Source of the DNA: an uncultured Terriglobales bacterium
GTDB lineage: Bacteria > Acidobacteriota > Terriglobia > Terriglobales > Acidobacteriaceae
Assembly (NCBI GenBank): GCA_964559835.1
Contig: CAZLJE010000013.1
Location: 54,209 to 118,208 of the forward strand
Reading direction: 5' to 3'
DNA length: 64,000 nt
Below are positions 8,225 to 17,833 of the stretch, one piece after another; position 1 is the first letter of the stretch; every line of letters begins with the position of its first letter. The notes under the pieces were generated by a model. The model was not told the origin of the DNA. It saw nothing but the letters and a program-made list of their open reading frames with translations, and searched no databases. Position numbers and translations under genes: made by a program.

Positions 8225-10285
8225 CTAGGAGTAGTCGGCGCGAGCGATGTTGAGCCGCCGCATCTTGTTCTGGAGGGTTGTGCGCTTGAGGCCGAGATTT
8301 TCGGCCGCTCCGCCTGCCCCAGCAATCCTGCCGGAAGCAGTTTTTAAAGCATCGATGATGGCCTGCCGCTCGGCGTCGTGGAAGGTGGACCCGGAACTGT
8401 TCCGAGGCGCTCGCATCGCGTTCTTCAGTTGTGGAATCGGCACGTTCAACTCGCTGCCCTGCGTCAGGATCACGGCGCGTTCGATGAAGTTCTCCAACTC
8501 GCGCACGTTGCCCGGCCAGGACGCTGTCGCCAGAGCTTCCATTGCGTGTTTGGGAATCGTCTTGATGTTCTTTTGCATCCGGCGAGCGAGTCGCGACACA
8601 AAATAATGCACGAGGAGCGGAATGTCTCCGGGACGGTCGCGCAGCGGTGGGATCTCGATCGGGAAAACGTTCAGGCGGTAGAAGAGGTCTTCGCGAAATT
8701 GATTGTTGCGAATCATCGCGGCGATATCGCGATGAGTCGCTGCGATCATGCGAACGCTGACCTGGATGGTCCTCGTGCTGCCCAGCCGCTCGAACTCCTG
8801 TTCCTGGACCGCCCGCAACAACTTCGGCTGCAACTCCATACTGATGTCGCCGATCTCATCCATGAATAATGTGCCGCGGTCGGCAAGCTCGAACCGACCC
8901 TTTTTCTGCATCAATGCCCCGGTAAACGCGCCCTTCTCATGCCCGAACAGTTCGCTTTCGAGAAGACCAGACGGAATCGCGGCACAGTTGAGCTTGACGA
9001 AAGTCCGCTCCTTCCGTGGGCTGCCCATGTGGATTGCGCGCGCAAACAACTCCTTTCCGGTGCCCGTCTCGCCATGCAGCAGCACCGTGGAATCGGTCGG
9101 GGCCACGATTGCGACTTGCTTCATCACATGCTGGATGGCGGCGCTGTTACCGACAATATCTTCGAAGTTGAATTCGGAGAGGATCTCCGATTCCAGGTAC
9201 AAGCGCTCTTCCTTAAAGCGATCTCTGGCCTCCGCGACACGCCCATAGGCAATCGCATTTTCGACCGCCAACGCAATTTGGGTGCTGATCTGCGACAGGA
9301 GATCCAAGTCCTCTTGACCGAAACTGTCCGGCCGGCGGCCGCCCATGGTTAGAACGCCGATAGGACCGGTCGCAGTTACCAACGGAACCATTGCCAACGA
9401 CACGATGGATTCAGCTTTGAGGTTCTCAACGACTGACGGCGGAAGCTTCTCGAATTGTTCGGTCGACCACAGCTCAGGAGTTCGGGCGCGCAAATTGGCG
9501 TGATCGGCATCTGTAAGTTCGGACCGCGTGTCCGGTTTCAAGAAACCTTTGCCGCTGGGGAAATCCAGCAGGACGCATTCCACGTGGTTCGATTGTTTAT
9601 TGATAAGCCAGAATCCGGCGAAGTCGTTTTCGAAGTAATTGCGAAGCGATGCCGATGCAGACCGGAACAAATCGTTGATGTCCAGCTTGGAAACAATATA
9701 GTTGTTGATTTCCAGCAGAAGTCTCAGCCGGTCGCGCTCTTTAGCCACTTGTTGCTGGTAAAACTCCGCGGTGTGTCTGGCCACGGCGCACTCGAGCGCG
9801 ACGGCAACGTGCGATGCTACTGAACGTAGCAACTCGACGTCTTCGCGGACAAACTCCTGCCCCCGGTCTTTCGTCACGACGAGGATCCCGAATCGTTTCT
9901 GGGCGGTTGAGACCGGAAACACGTATGTGCTTCGGCCGACAGATTCGGCCGCGAATGGAGCCAACTCAGGATGTTTCAACATCTCCTGCGATACGTCCGG
10001 GAGAAAGACTGGTTCTTGGTCCTGAAGCACTCTCGCCGCCGCGCCAATGCGTGAGATCCTGGTTCCAGTGGCGATCGCGGGCGCGTCCGCTTCTCGATCG
10101 AACTCCAAAACGTGCAAGCTTTCTCCATCGTCGCTCAGGACGTAGAGGAAAGCTCCGTGGATCCTACAAGTGCTGGACAGAAAACCGCGCAGGCTGTGCA
10201 AGACAGCTTTTACCGTGGGTTGATCGGCCACGGCGCTGGACGCATCCAGCAATGTTCGATATCGGTCTTCGGCGGTCGTCATCAA
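8225..10285 (-). CDS. Sigma-54-dependent transcriptional activator, GAF-GAF-AAA+-HTH (FhlA-like)
   Basis: Two GAF-like N-terminal domains. GETGTGKE Walker [16 protein letters not shown], and a Fis-type HTH at the C-terminus. ATG at 10282 is the likely start. Confidence 0.9.
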   Translation of the reverse strand: MMTTAEDRYRTLLDASSAVADQPTVKAVLHSLRGFLSSTCRIHGAFLYVLSDDGESLHVLEFDREADAPAIATGTRISRIGAAARVLQDQEPVFLPDVSQEMLKHPELAPFAAESVGRSTYVFPVSTAQKRFGILVVTKDRGQEFVREDVELLRSVASHVAVALECAVARHTAEFYQQQVAKERDRLRLLLEINNYIVSKLDINDLFRSASASLRNYFENDFAGFWLINKQSNHVECVLLDFPSGKGFLKPDTRSELTDADHANLRARTPELWSTEQFEKLPPSVVENLKAESIVSLAMVPLVTATGPIGVLTMGGRRPDSFGQEDLDLLSQISTQIALAVENAIAYGRVAEARDRFKEERLYLESEILSEFNFEDIVGNSAAIQHVMKQVAIVAPTDSTVLLHGETGTGKELFARAIHMGSPRKERTFVKLNCAAIPSGLLESELFGHEKGAFTGALMQKKGRFELADRGTLFMDEIGDISMELQPKLLRAVQEQEFERLGSTRTIQVSVRMIAATHRDIAAMIRNNQFREDLFYRLNVFPIEIPPLRDRPGDIPLLVHYFVSRLARRMQKNIKTIPKHAMEALATASWPGNVRELENFIERAVILTQGSELNVPIPQLKNAMRAPRNSSGSTFHDAERQAIIDALKTASGRIAGAGGAAENLGLKRTTLQNKMRRLNIARADYS

Positions 10286-10413
10286 GGGGTAACCGGAACC
10301 CGTAGCAAAGGATCAAAAACTGGGAGCACATGCAGAGACCATAGTCAGCAGCCGTGCAATACCCTGGTTCGCGGGTTTGGCGTCCGTACAGTAATCAATT
10401 CCACGCAGCAATA
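10195..10413. repeat. Left arm of a ~215-bp inverted duplication (5' end and upstream region of the GAF-sigma54 regulator gene plus the last codons of the sigma-like gene)
   Basis: Reverse complement aligns by eye with 11133-11345 at roughly 85-90% identity, with small indels. Confidence 0.85.
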
Positions 10414-11048
10414 CCCGCATCCTGTTCCAAGTGAGCCTCGCAGTCGATCACCTCGAGCGATTCCAATGCCGCGCAGTATGCTCCTTCCACAGCAAGCGGG
10501 CTGATGCGGAGCCACCGGGCGGCTTCGACCCAACTGAATTTCTCGATACCACAAATGACCAGAACAAAGCGGCACAGGGTGTCGAGCCTGGACCGGATCA
10601 ACTCGGACTCCGCGACGATGAACTCAAGCGACTCAGGAGGCAGTAGCTCGTGAGCGGTATGGAAACAATCGCGGGCCTTGTAAATGTGCGAGAGCTCGGC
10701 GATCCGCGTCCGCTCAATCTCGAAGGAGCAGTCGATGACAGCAAACACCGGCGATACCGGCATAAAGGCCGGTGTTGGTTCGGACGACGCTTGCGTGAAT
10801 GCGCACGCATTAACGAGACACGCTTTCGCCATTTCGTGGTTTCCGGTAAGAAAAATCGCCAGCCACCTGAGCTCCTCCTGGTGTTCGGCGAATGTTCCGT
10901 GAGTTTCCTCAGCTGCTTTGGGAAGGTCCGAGTAGATGCCGCATTTTCCGGCGGTGATCATAACTGCCTCTACCCTGGAGTAGCAACTTCCGTTCCACAT
11001 CACGACTCCCGGCAAACTGTTGAGAAGGTTCGGATAATTACAAGCCAT
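10395..11048 (-). CDS. Hypothetical protein with sigma-70 region-4-like HTH (divergent ECF-like)
   Basis: LDTLCRFVLVICGIEKFSWVEAARWLRISPLAVEGAYCAALESL resembles sigma region 4.2. LRWLAIFLTGNHEMAKACL is a weak region-2-like stretch. Start is uncertain. Confidence 0.4.
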   Translation of the reverse strand: MACNYPNLLNSLPGVVMWNGSCYSRVEAVMITAGKCGIYSDLPKAAEETHGTFAEHQEELRWLAIFLTGNHEMAKACLVNACAFTQASSEPTPAFMPVSPVFAVIDCSFEIERTRIAELSHIYKARDCFHTAHELLPPESLEFIVAESELIRSRLDTLCRFVLVICGIEKFSWVEAARWLRISPLAVEGAYCAALESLEVIDCEAHLEQDAGIAAWN

Positions 11049-11132
11049 TCAAGTTGGTTACTGTGCCGATGCCCGTATGTGGGCACTCTGACATTTTACG
11101 CCGTAACACTTGGGAAACATGCCCGATCGCCA

Positions 11133-11345
11133 AATTGCAGCGTGGAATTGATTGCGCGCTCTACTGTACGGACGCCAGGCCGGTCCGCGATCGATGGTAT
11201 TGCACGGCTGGTGATAATGGTCACTGCATGTGCTGCCAGTTTTTGATACTTTGCTGAGCGTTCCGTTTACCCCTTGATGGTGACGCCGAAGACCGATATC
11301 GAACATTGCTGGATGCGTCCAGCGCCATGGCCGATCCACCACGGT
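11133..11345. repeat. Right arm of the inverted duplication
   Basis: Contains a copy of GCGTGGAATTGA (tail of the sigma-like gene), the intergenic region and the first ~70 nt of the regulator gene. Confidence 0.85.
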
Positions 11346-11400
11346 AAAAGCTGTCTTGCACAGCCGTCTGTTGGTGGGAATACTTACCGATCCACGGGGC
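11277..11400 (+). pseudogene. Decayed 5' remnant of a GAF-sigma54 regulator gene
   Basis: ATGGTGACGCCGAAGACCGATATCGAACATTGCTGGATGCG matches ATGACGACCGCCGAAGACCGATATCGAACATTGCTGGATGCG of the 8225-10285 gene. At least two 1-nt indels and a premature TAA. Confidence 0.75.
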
Positions 11401-11428
11401 GAACCGGGATGAAGTTGAGGAGGTAAAT

Positions 11429-12514
11429 ATGGCGCACGCAACGTTTGGATTTACGAATCCCGAAGGCCTTCCGGGAGCGGGTTTTGCTGTGCCGTGCGGG
11501 GCTGAGGGCCAGCAACTGTGCCCGGGCCCAGTAATGACCTCTCAGTCGCGCTTTCAAGGCATCATCGGCAAGAGCCCGGCCTTTCAGAAGGTGCTGGAAG
11601 AAGTCGAGATCGTTGCGCCGACAGATGCGACCGTCCTCCTGCATGGCGAGACGGGCACAGGGAAGGAGTTGATTGCACGAGCCATTCACAACCTGAGTCC
11701 AAGGCGCGACCGCACCTTTGTGCGTGTGAATTGCGCCGCTATTCCCTCGGGACTGTTGGAGAGTGAACTCTTCGGGCATGAAAAGGGAGCGTTCACCGGC
11801 GCCTTGATGCAAAAGAAAGGCAGGTTCGAGGTAGCGGATCGGGGTTCGCTCTTCCTGGACGAGATTGGCGACATCAGCCTGGAGCTACAGCCGAAATTGT
11901 TGCGGGCGCTGCAGGAGCGAGAGTTCGAACGCCTCGGAAGCGCCAAGACGATCCGCGTAGACGTACGCATTATTGCGGCGACCCACCGCGACCTTGAGAC
12001 GATGATCGAGGAGAAGACGTTTCGCGAGGATCTTTTCTATCGATTCAAAGTTTTTCCCATCGAGATCCCGCCGCTGCGCGAACGTCGCGAAGATATTCCG
12101 CTTCTCGTGCATTACTTCGCCTCGGTTGTGGCTCGCCGGATGCATAAGAACATTACGAACATACCGAAGCACGCGATGGAGGCCTTCGTGAATGCTTCGT
12201 GGCCGGGCAACGTGCGCGAACTCGAGAACTTCATCGAACGCGCGGTCATTCTCAGCCAAGGAAGTGAGTTGTGTGTCCCGATGCCGGAGCTGACGAATCT
12301 CGTCCGATCACCTCACACCACCTCCGTGTCCACATTTCACGATGCCGAGCGGCAGGCCATCGTCGGCGCTTTGAGAGCTGCCTCTGGACGCATTGCGGGC
12401 AGGGGAGGAGCCGCCGAACGGCTCGGACTGAAGCGTACGACTTTGCAAAACAAGATTCGCCGGCTTGGAATCACAAAAACAAATTGCCTGCAGTGGATGA
12501 GACAAAGCGCGTAG
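11429..12514 (+). CDS. Sigma-54-dependent activator lacking any sensory domain (AAA+-HTH only), paralogue of 8225-10285
   Basis: Strong RBS GAGGAGG before ATG 11429. About 80% identity by eye to the AAA+/HTH part of the neighbour ([33 protein letters not shown]). The first ~40 aa are unrelated. Confidence 0.9.
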   Translation: MAHATFGFTNPEGLPGAGFAVPCGAEGQQLCPGPVMTSQSRFQGIIGKSPAFQKVLEEVEIVAPTDATVLLHGETGTGKELIARAIHNLSPRRDRTFVRVNCAAIPSGLLESELFGHEKGAFTGALMQKKGRFEVADRGSLFLDEIGDISLELQPKLLRALQEREFERLGSAKTIRVDVRIIAATHRDLETMIEEKTFREDLFYRFKVFPIEIPPLRERREDIPLLVHYFASVVARRMHKNITNIPKHAMEAFVNASWPGNVRELENFIERAVILSQGSELCVPMPELTNLVRSPHTTSVSTFHDAERQAIVGALRAASGRIAGRGGAAERLGLKRTTLQNKIRRLGITKTNCLQWMRQSA

Positions 12515-12578
12515 CGTCGCGCTGAAGTGTTGGTGCGGGCAGAATGTCATGAGGTGGGCGTACTCCAGTTTGCTCAGC

Positions 12579-14717
12579 TCAATCTTGATGATCTTTGCTT
12601 GCAATCATTACCACCACGGACCGTGCGCCAGCGCGATAGGTTCCGCCCTTAACCGGCAGCGCGACTTTCCATTCACAAATGTCCTGCGGTGGGTCTAACG
12701 CAGTATCAATCCACCGCCGCCAGTTTTCCGTACCGTTCTCCACTTTCGGAAGTTCAAAATCGAGAGGTTCCCAATATGAATTGAGGATGAGGTGCAGCAA
12801 GAGTCCTTCACCCTTCAGTTCCGCACGCATGGCGAGGCTGTGCGACTCTGGTGACCAGTCCGGCTGATTGAGTTTGACGCCGTGCCAGGCATATTTCGCC
12901 TCGCGAAGAACCTGGCTTAGACTCACGCGCCGGCGCTCATGTTCAACATCCCGCATAACACGCCGCTGGATCAGCAGCTTCACAAAACGGAGGACGTCGG
13001 CGTGTCGGGACAGCAGCTTCCAGTCGAGCCAGCTGGTCTCATCGCCCTGGCAGTAGGCGTTATTATTGCCGCGCTGAGTACGCCGCACCTCGTCGCCCAT
13101 GGCAAACATGGGCACGCCTGCCGCAAGCATCGTCACCGTGAAGAAGTTCTTTACCTGCTGGTTGCGCAGCCTCTCGATCACGGGGTCATCTGTTGGACCT
13201 TCGAAGCCGCAGTTCCAGCTTCGGTTGTCATCGCGGCCGTCGCGGTTGCCTTCACCATTTTCTTCGTTGTGCTTGCGATCGTAGGTGACGACGTCGTTGA
13301 GGGTGAAGCCATCGTGGCAAGCAACAAAATTGACGCTCTCCTCGGCTTCGCGCTCCCGACGACCATAAATGCTCGGACTACCGAGCAGCCGGTCGGCCAT
13401 TCGCGTTACCGTATCATTCGAACCTCGGAAGAAGTCGCGGACATCGTCGCGAAAGCGATCGTTCCACTCCTTCCAGCTATCTCCCACGAAGCTGCCGACC
13501 TGATAGAGTCCTCCGGCATCCCAGGCTTCTGCAATCATCTTGGCGCCGGCTAGCGCCGGATCGGATTCGATGTCCCAGAGCACCGGTGGATTTGCCATAA
13601 CGGCTCCGGACGAATCGCGAGCGAGGATCGATGCCAGATCGAAACGGAAGCCATCCACATGCATTTCGTTCACCCAGTAACGGAGGCTGTCCACAATCAT
13701 GCGCCGTACTGCTGGATGATTTCCGTTCAGCGTGTTTCCTGTACCGGTGAAGTTCGCGTAGCGTGACCGGTCTTCACACAGGAGGTAGTAAGTCGGATTG
13801 TCGAGACCACGCAAGCACTGGGTTGGACCATCGTGTGCATTTTCCGCCGTGTGGTTGAACACGACATCGAGAATGACTTCGATGCCGGCCCGGTGGAGGG
13901 CCTTGACCATGTCCCGAAATTCATCCACCGCGCCCAGGGGGTCCTGACGCGAGCTATAGGCCTGGTGCGGTGCAAAAAATGAAACCGGTGAGTAGCCCCA
14001 GTAGTTCGTCCGGCCTGGGGGCGCGTCCTGCGGATCGAACTGAAATATGGGAAGCAGCTCGACGGCGGTGACGCCCAGTTGCTGAAGATAGGGAATCTTC
14101 TCGATGACCCCGGCGTATGTGCCACGTTTCGATTCCGCCAAACCAGAGCTGGGATGTGCCGTAAAACTGCGCACATGCATCTCGTAAATGATGGTGCGCG
14201 ACCAAGGCTGCTTCAGGGGCACGTCACCTTCCCAGTCATACGCGAGTAAGTTGCCCAAGGTGGCCGCGCCGTGCGGATCCGTAACCACGCTCTTCATGGC
14301 CGTCGCGGTGTTGTCGAAGCCTTTCAGGCGGGCTGCATCACGGCTATAGTTTTTCGGAACGACGACCGCACGCCCATATGGGTCGAGCAGTAACTTGGAC
14401 GGGTCGAACCTGAATCCCCTATCTGGCTCAAACGGCCCGTAGGCCCGGAATCCGTAGATTTGTCCCACCTCCACTCCGGGAACGAAAACGTGCCAATAGT
14501 GATAGGTGCGGTTCGCTAGCGGATCGATGGGAATGACGCGCGAAGGACGCGCATCCTCCACCCGATCGAAGAGCAGAAGTTCGATGCCGGCCGCGCTCCG
14601 GGAAAAGACTGAAAAGTTGGCGCCGCCCGGGACCAACGTAGCGCCTATAGGAAAGCTGCGGCCGGTTGCCGGGGCTGCAAGTGGCTTCAGTGTTGCCAAC
14701 ACGATTCGCGCAGTCAA
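12579..14717 (-). CDS. glgX: Glycogen debranching enzyme GlgX (isoamylase, GH13)
   Basis: VILDVVFNHTAE, VDGFRFDLASIL, IAEAWDAGG and FVACHDGFTLND motifs. TTG start preceded by GGAGGAGG. Confidence 0.92.
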   Translation of the reverse strand: MTARIVLATLKPLAAPATGRSFPIGATLVPGGANFSVFSRSAAGIELLLFDRVEDARPSRVIPIDPLANRTYHYWHVFVPGVEVGQIYGFRAYGPFEPDRGFRFDPSKLLLDPYGRAVVVPKNYSRDAARLKGFDNTATAMKSVVTDPHGAATLGNLLAYDWEGDVPLKQPWSRTIIYEMHVRSFTAHPSSGLAESKRGTYAGVIEKIPYLQQLGVTAVELLPIFQFDPQDAPPGRTNYWGYSPVSFFAPHQAYSSRQDPLGAVDEFRDMVKALHRAGIEVILDVVFNHTAENAHDGPTQCLRGLDNPTYYLLCEDRSRYANFTGTGNTLNGNHPAVRRMIVDSLRYWVNEMHVDGFRFDLASILARDSSGAVMANPPVLWDIESDPALAGAKMIAEAWDAGGLYQVGSFVGDSWKEWNDRFRDDVRDFFRGSNDTVTRMADRLLGSPSIYGRREREAEESVNFVACHDGFTLNDVVTYDRKHNEENGEGNRDGRDDNRSWNCGFEGPTDDPVIERLRNQQVKNFFTVTMLAAGVPMFAMGDEVRRTQRGNNNAYCQGDETSWLDWKLLSRHADVLRFVKLLIQRRVMRDVEHERRRVSLSQVLREAKYAWHGVKLNQPDWSPESHSLAMRAELKGEGLLLHLILNSYWEPLDFELPKVENGTENWRRWIDTALDPPQDICEWKVALPVKGGTYRAGARSVVVMIASKDHQD

Positions 14718-14735
14718 CCTGCGCCTCCTCCCGTC

Positions 14736-15278
14736 CTACTTATTTGGCTGAGGCGGATAATTCTTGAAAAGCTTGGACATGGCCTTTTGCAGGTTCTTGT
14801 AATTCTTATCCGGGTCTTTCTTGAGGTCGATAGTCTTGGTGGCATCTCCGCGCCAGATCAGCTGCTTTCTTCCGACGTCATATAGATCCACCAACAGTAT
14901 TCCGACGGGAATGGTCGAAGTCTGGCCCTGCACTGTACGTGTGCCAAGCCCGCCCCAGTCGCCCGGGCCGTCGCCCATGCTCGACAGGTTGACGCTTTTT
15001 TCCAGGTTGACCACAGCCTGGTAGCCGACGTAAAGGTCGGCATTCTTCTCCACCCTGGTCAGACCTTTTTGGGCGAGCTGCTCGTCGATTGCCCGCTTAA
15101 TGGCCTGGTCGATCAACTGATCCGGCACCGCGCCACCTGGGATGTCGACCCATTGATAGCTCTTGTAGGTCGCGAAGTTGGCGCCTCGGTCGTAGTTGTA
15201 GTGAGTATCCTGGCCGTAGGCGCAAGCGACCATGAACAAAAAAGCTGCCAGCAATGCCAGCTGTTTCGTGAGCGTCAT
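14736..15278 (-). CDS. DUF4136-type lipoprotein
   Basis: Lipobox-like LFMVACAYGQ. DTHYNYDRGANFATYKSYQW is typical of DUF4136. RBS AGGAAGG before ATG 15278. Confidence 0.65.
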   Translation of the reverse strand: MTLTKQLALLAAFLFMVACAYGQDTHYNYDRGANFATYKSYQWVDIPGGAVPDQLIDQAIKRAIDEQLAQKGLTRVEKNADLYVGYQAVVNLEKSVNLSSMGDGPGDWGGLGTRTVQGQTSTIPVGILLVDLYDVGRKQLIWRGDATKTIDLKKDPDKNYKNLQKAMSKLFKNYPPQPNK

Positions 15279-15329
15279 CGCAATTCCTTCCTGTTGGGCC
15301 GTCGTCCGTTCCACCGGAACAAAGCGCCC

Positions 15330-17831
15330 TTAAGCCCTGTCTGGCACCGGACATTGCTGCACGTTCCAGATTTCTGCCGCGTATTCGGCGATAGTGCGGT
15401 CGCTGGAGAACTTGCCCGAGCCCGCCACGTTCAGAATGGCCCTGCGCGCCCACTCATCGGGATCGGCGTACAGCGTGCGCAGCCGCTCGTCTGCTTCAAG
15501 GTAAGACTTCAGGTCCGCGAGGTGCATGTAGTGATCCGTCATTAACGTGTCGCGCAGCGGGGCGAAGACGTCCGGTTCGGTACGGCTGAAATGGTCCGAG
15601 AACATCAGGTCCAAAGCTTCGTGAGTCTCGGGCTCGTGTTCGTAATGCCAGCGCGGGTTGTACCAAGCGCGGCTGCCGGTCACCTCTTGCGCTGTCAAAC
15701 CAAAAAGGAAGAGATTCTCCTCGCCCGCCTCCTGTGCCATCTCGATGGTCGCACCGTCGCGCGTGCCGATGGTTAAGGCGCCGTTCATCATGAATTTCAT
15801 ATTGCTTGTGCCGCTCGCTTCATAGCCCGCAGTCGAGATCTGGTTGGAAACGTCACTGGCGGGAATCAGGTGCTCTGCAAGGGAGACGCAATACTCGGGC
15901 AGGAAAACCACCTTAAGCCGACCGCGTACTGCGGGGTCGCCGTCGATCGTGCCGGCAAGATTATTTATGAACTTGATAATCAGTTTGGCGAGGCGGTACG
16001 CAGGAGCAGCCTTGCCGGCGAAAAAGAAGGTCCGCGGATGCATATCCAGCCCAGGGTTCTCCCGCAGCCGGTTGTAAAGCACTATGATCCTCAACGCGTT
16101 CAGCAACTGACGTTTGTACTCGTGGATGCGTTTGATCTGACAATCGAAGATCGCATCCGGATCCAGGACCTGCCCGGTCGACCACTTGAGCCAATCGCAG
16201 AATTGCTGCTTGGCGTTTCGTTTGGCCTTGCGAAAGTCGTCGCGAAAACTTTTCTCGCCTGTGAATACCTTCAGTGTGCTTAATTTGCTCAGGTCACGTA
16301 TCCAGTCGTCACCGATCGCATCCGTGATCAATCTGGACAGCTCCGGATTGCACAGCAGCAGCCAGCGCCGGGGCGTAATTCCATTCGTCTTGTTGTTGAA
16401 TCGTTCGGGAAAGATCTCGGCCAGGTCTTTCAGGGTTGTCTCGCGCAGGAGATTCGAATGGATCGCAGCCACTCCATTGGTACTGTGGGAACCCACGACG
16501 GCGAGATTGGCCATTCGAACCTTTTTCCCGGGTCCCTCTTCGATGAGGCTCAGACGCTGAATCCGGCCTTCGTCTCCCGGAAACCGCCGGTGAACATCGC
16601 CTAGAAAACGGCGATTGATCTCATAGATAATCTCGAGCTGCCTTGGCAGCATGTCTTCGAAAAACCCCACCGGCCATTTTTCGAGGGCTTCCGGCAACAA
16701 CGTGTGGTTCGTGTACGCCAGCGTGTTTTGGGTGATTTGCCAAGCTTCGTCCCATCCGAGGCGCACCTGGTCAACCAGGATCCGCATGAGTTCCGGTACG
16801 GCCAGAGTCGGGTGCGTATCGTTCATCTGAATCGCCACTTTGTCTGCAAACAAACGCCAGTCCGAGTTGCCGCGTTGGAAGCGGCGCACCGCATCCGCCA
16901 GTGAGCAGGCGACAAGAAAGTACTCCTGCATCAGGCGCAGGCCTTGCCCGATGAATCTTGAATCATCCGGATAAAGTACCCGGGTCAGCGTTTCAGCCGA
17001 GAGGTTTTGAGTAAAAGCCTCTACAAAATCTCCATGAGAGAACTCTTCAAAGTTGAAGTAGTCGTGAGCGCCCGCGGCCCAGAGACGGAGCGTGTTGATC
17101 GTGGAACCACCGTATCCGATCACTGGGCGGTCAAATGGAATGCCGATCAGAGTTGATGGACGACCGGGTATGGGCCGCAGACTGCCTCCACTGAGCTCAA
17201 ATGAGCACCCTAAGCTGACTTCAACCTTCTCGTTCGGACGAGCGACCTCCCACGGATCGGGAGAACGGAGCCAGTTGTCCGGCATTTCCTGTTGCCAACC
17301 GTTGCGGATCGATTGCCTGAAGATGCCGTACTCGTATCGCAATCCGTAGCCCATTGCCGGCAGTTGCATGGTCGCGGCGGATTCCATGAAACAGGCCGCC
17401 AAACGTCCGAGTCCCCCGTTGCCCAGACCGGCATCGGGCTCCTGTTCCAAGATCTCGATGAGATCCAGTTTGTTGTCCTCGATAACCTCCTTCGCCAGCG
17501 GATTGAGCAGAAGATTTGTGACGTTGTTCGCGAGCGAGCGGCCGATGAGGAATTCCATCGAGAGGTAATAGAGTCTCTTCGGATTCTGTTGTGCGTAGGT
17601 CTTCTCGGTTAACAGCCATCGCTGAGACAAAATGTCGCGCACTGACCGGGCAAGCGCCTCGAAGCGGTCGCGCGCCGTCGCCGCCGCCAAATCAACCGCA
17701 CCATCGAACAGCAGGTGACGTTCGTACAGCGCCTCGCTTGTTCCTGAGAACTGCACTGGGCCACATCCATAGCGATTAATGAGTCTGGCAGCATCCAGGG
17801 TCTGTCGTTTTGCTGCAGCCTTTGTCATCAT
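15330..17831 (-). CDS. glgP: Glycogen/maltodextrin phosphorylase
   Basis: PLP-site EASGTSNMKFMMNGALTIGTRDGA; full-length GT35 layout. Start set to ATGATG 17831 with RBS AAGAGG. The ORF-track extension overlaps the DedA gene. Confidence 0.92.
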   Translation of the reverse strand: MMTKAAAKRQTLDAARLINRYGCGPVQFSGTSEALYERHLLFDGAVDLAAATARDRFEALARSVRDILSQRWLLTEKTYAQQNPKRLYYLSMEFLIGRSLANNVTNLLLNPLAKEVIEDNKLDLIEILEQEPDAGLGNGGLGRLAACFMESAATMQLPAMGYGLRYEYGIFRQSIRNGWQQEMPDNWLRSPDPWEVARPNEKVEVSLGCSFELSGGSLRPIPGRPSTLIGIPFDRPVIGYGGSTINTLRLWAAGAHDYFNFEEFSHGDFVEAFTQNLSAETLTRVLYPDDSRFIGQGLRLMQEYFLVACSLADAVRRFQRGNSDWRLFADKVAIQMNDTHPTLAVPELMRILVDQVRLGWDEAWQITQNTLAYTNHTLLPEALEKWPVGFFEDMLPRQLEIIYEINRRFLGDVHRRFPGDEGRIQRLSLIEEGPGKKVRMANLAVVGSHSTNGVAAIHSNLLRETTLKDLAEIFPERFNNKTNGITPRRWLLLCNPELSRLITDAIGDDWIRDLSKLSTLKVFTGEKSFRDDFRKAKRNAKQQFCDWLKWSTGQVLDPDAIFDCQIKRIHEYKRQLLNALRIIVLYNRLRENPGLDMHPRTFFFAGKAAPAYRLAKLIIKFINNLAGTIDGDPAVRGRLKVVFLPEYCVSLAEHLIPASDVSNQISTAGYEASGTSNMKFMMNGALTIGTRDGATIEMAQEAGEENLFLFGLTAQEVTGSRAWYNPRWHYEHEPETHEALDLMFSDHFSRTEPDVFAPLRDTLMTDHYMHLADLKSYLEADERLRTLYADPDEWARRAILNVAGSGKFSSDRTIAEYAAEIWNVQQCPVPDRA

Positions 17832-17833
17832 GA

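Noticed and set aside
11195-11240. Possible sigma-54 -24/-12 element (TGGTC(A/T)CTGCATGTGCT) conserved in both arms of the inverted duplication.
   Set aside because: The GG-to-GC spacing is off by one and the -12 TTGC is missing. Conservation is explained by the duplication itself.
10650-11246. 198-aa plus-strand ORF opposite the sigma-like gene.
   Set aside because: Composition is not protein-like (many Cys/Arg/His runs). It crosses the repeat boundary. The minus-strand frame carries a recognisable region-4 HTH.
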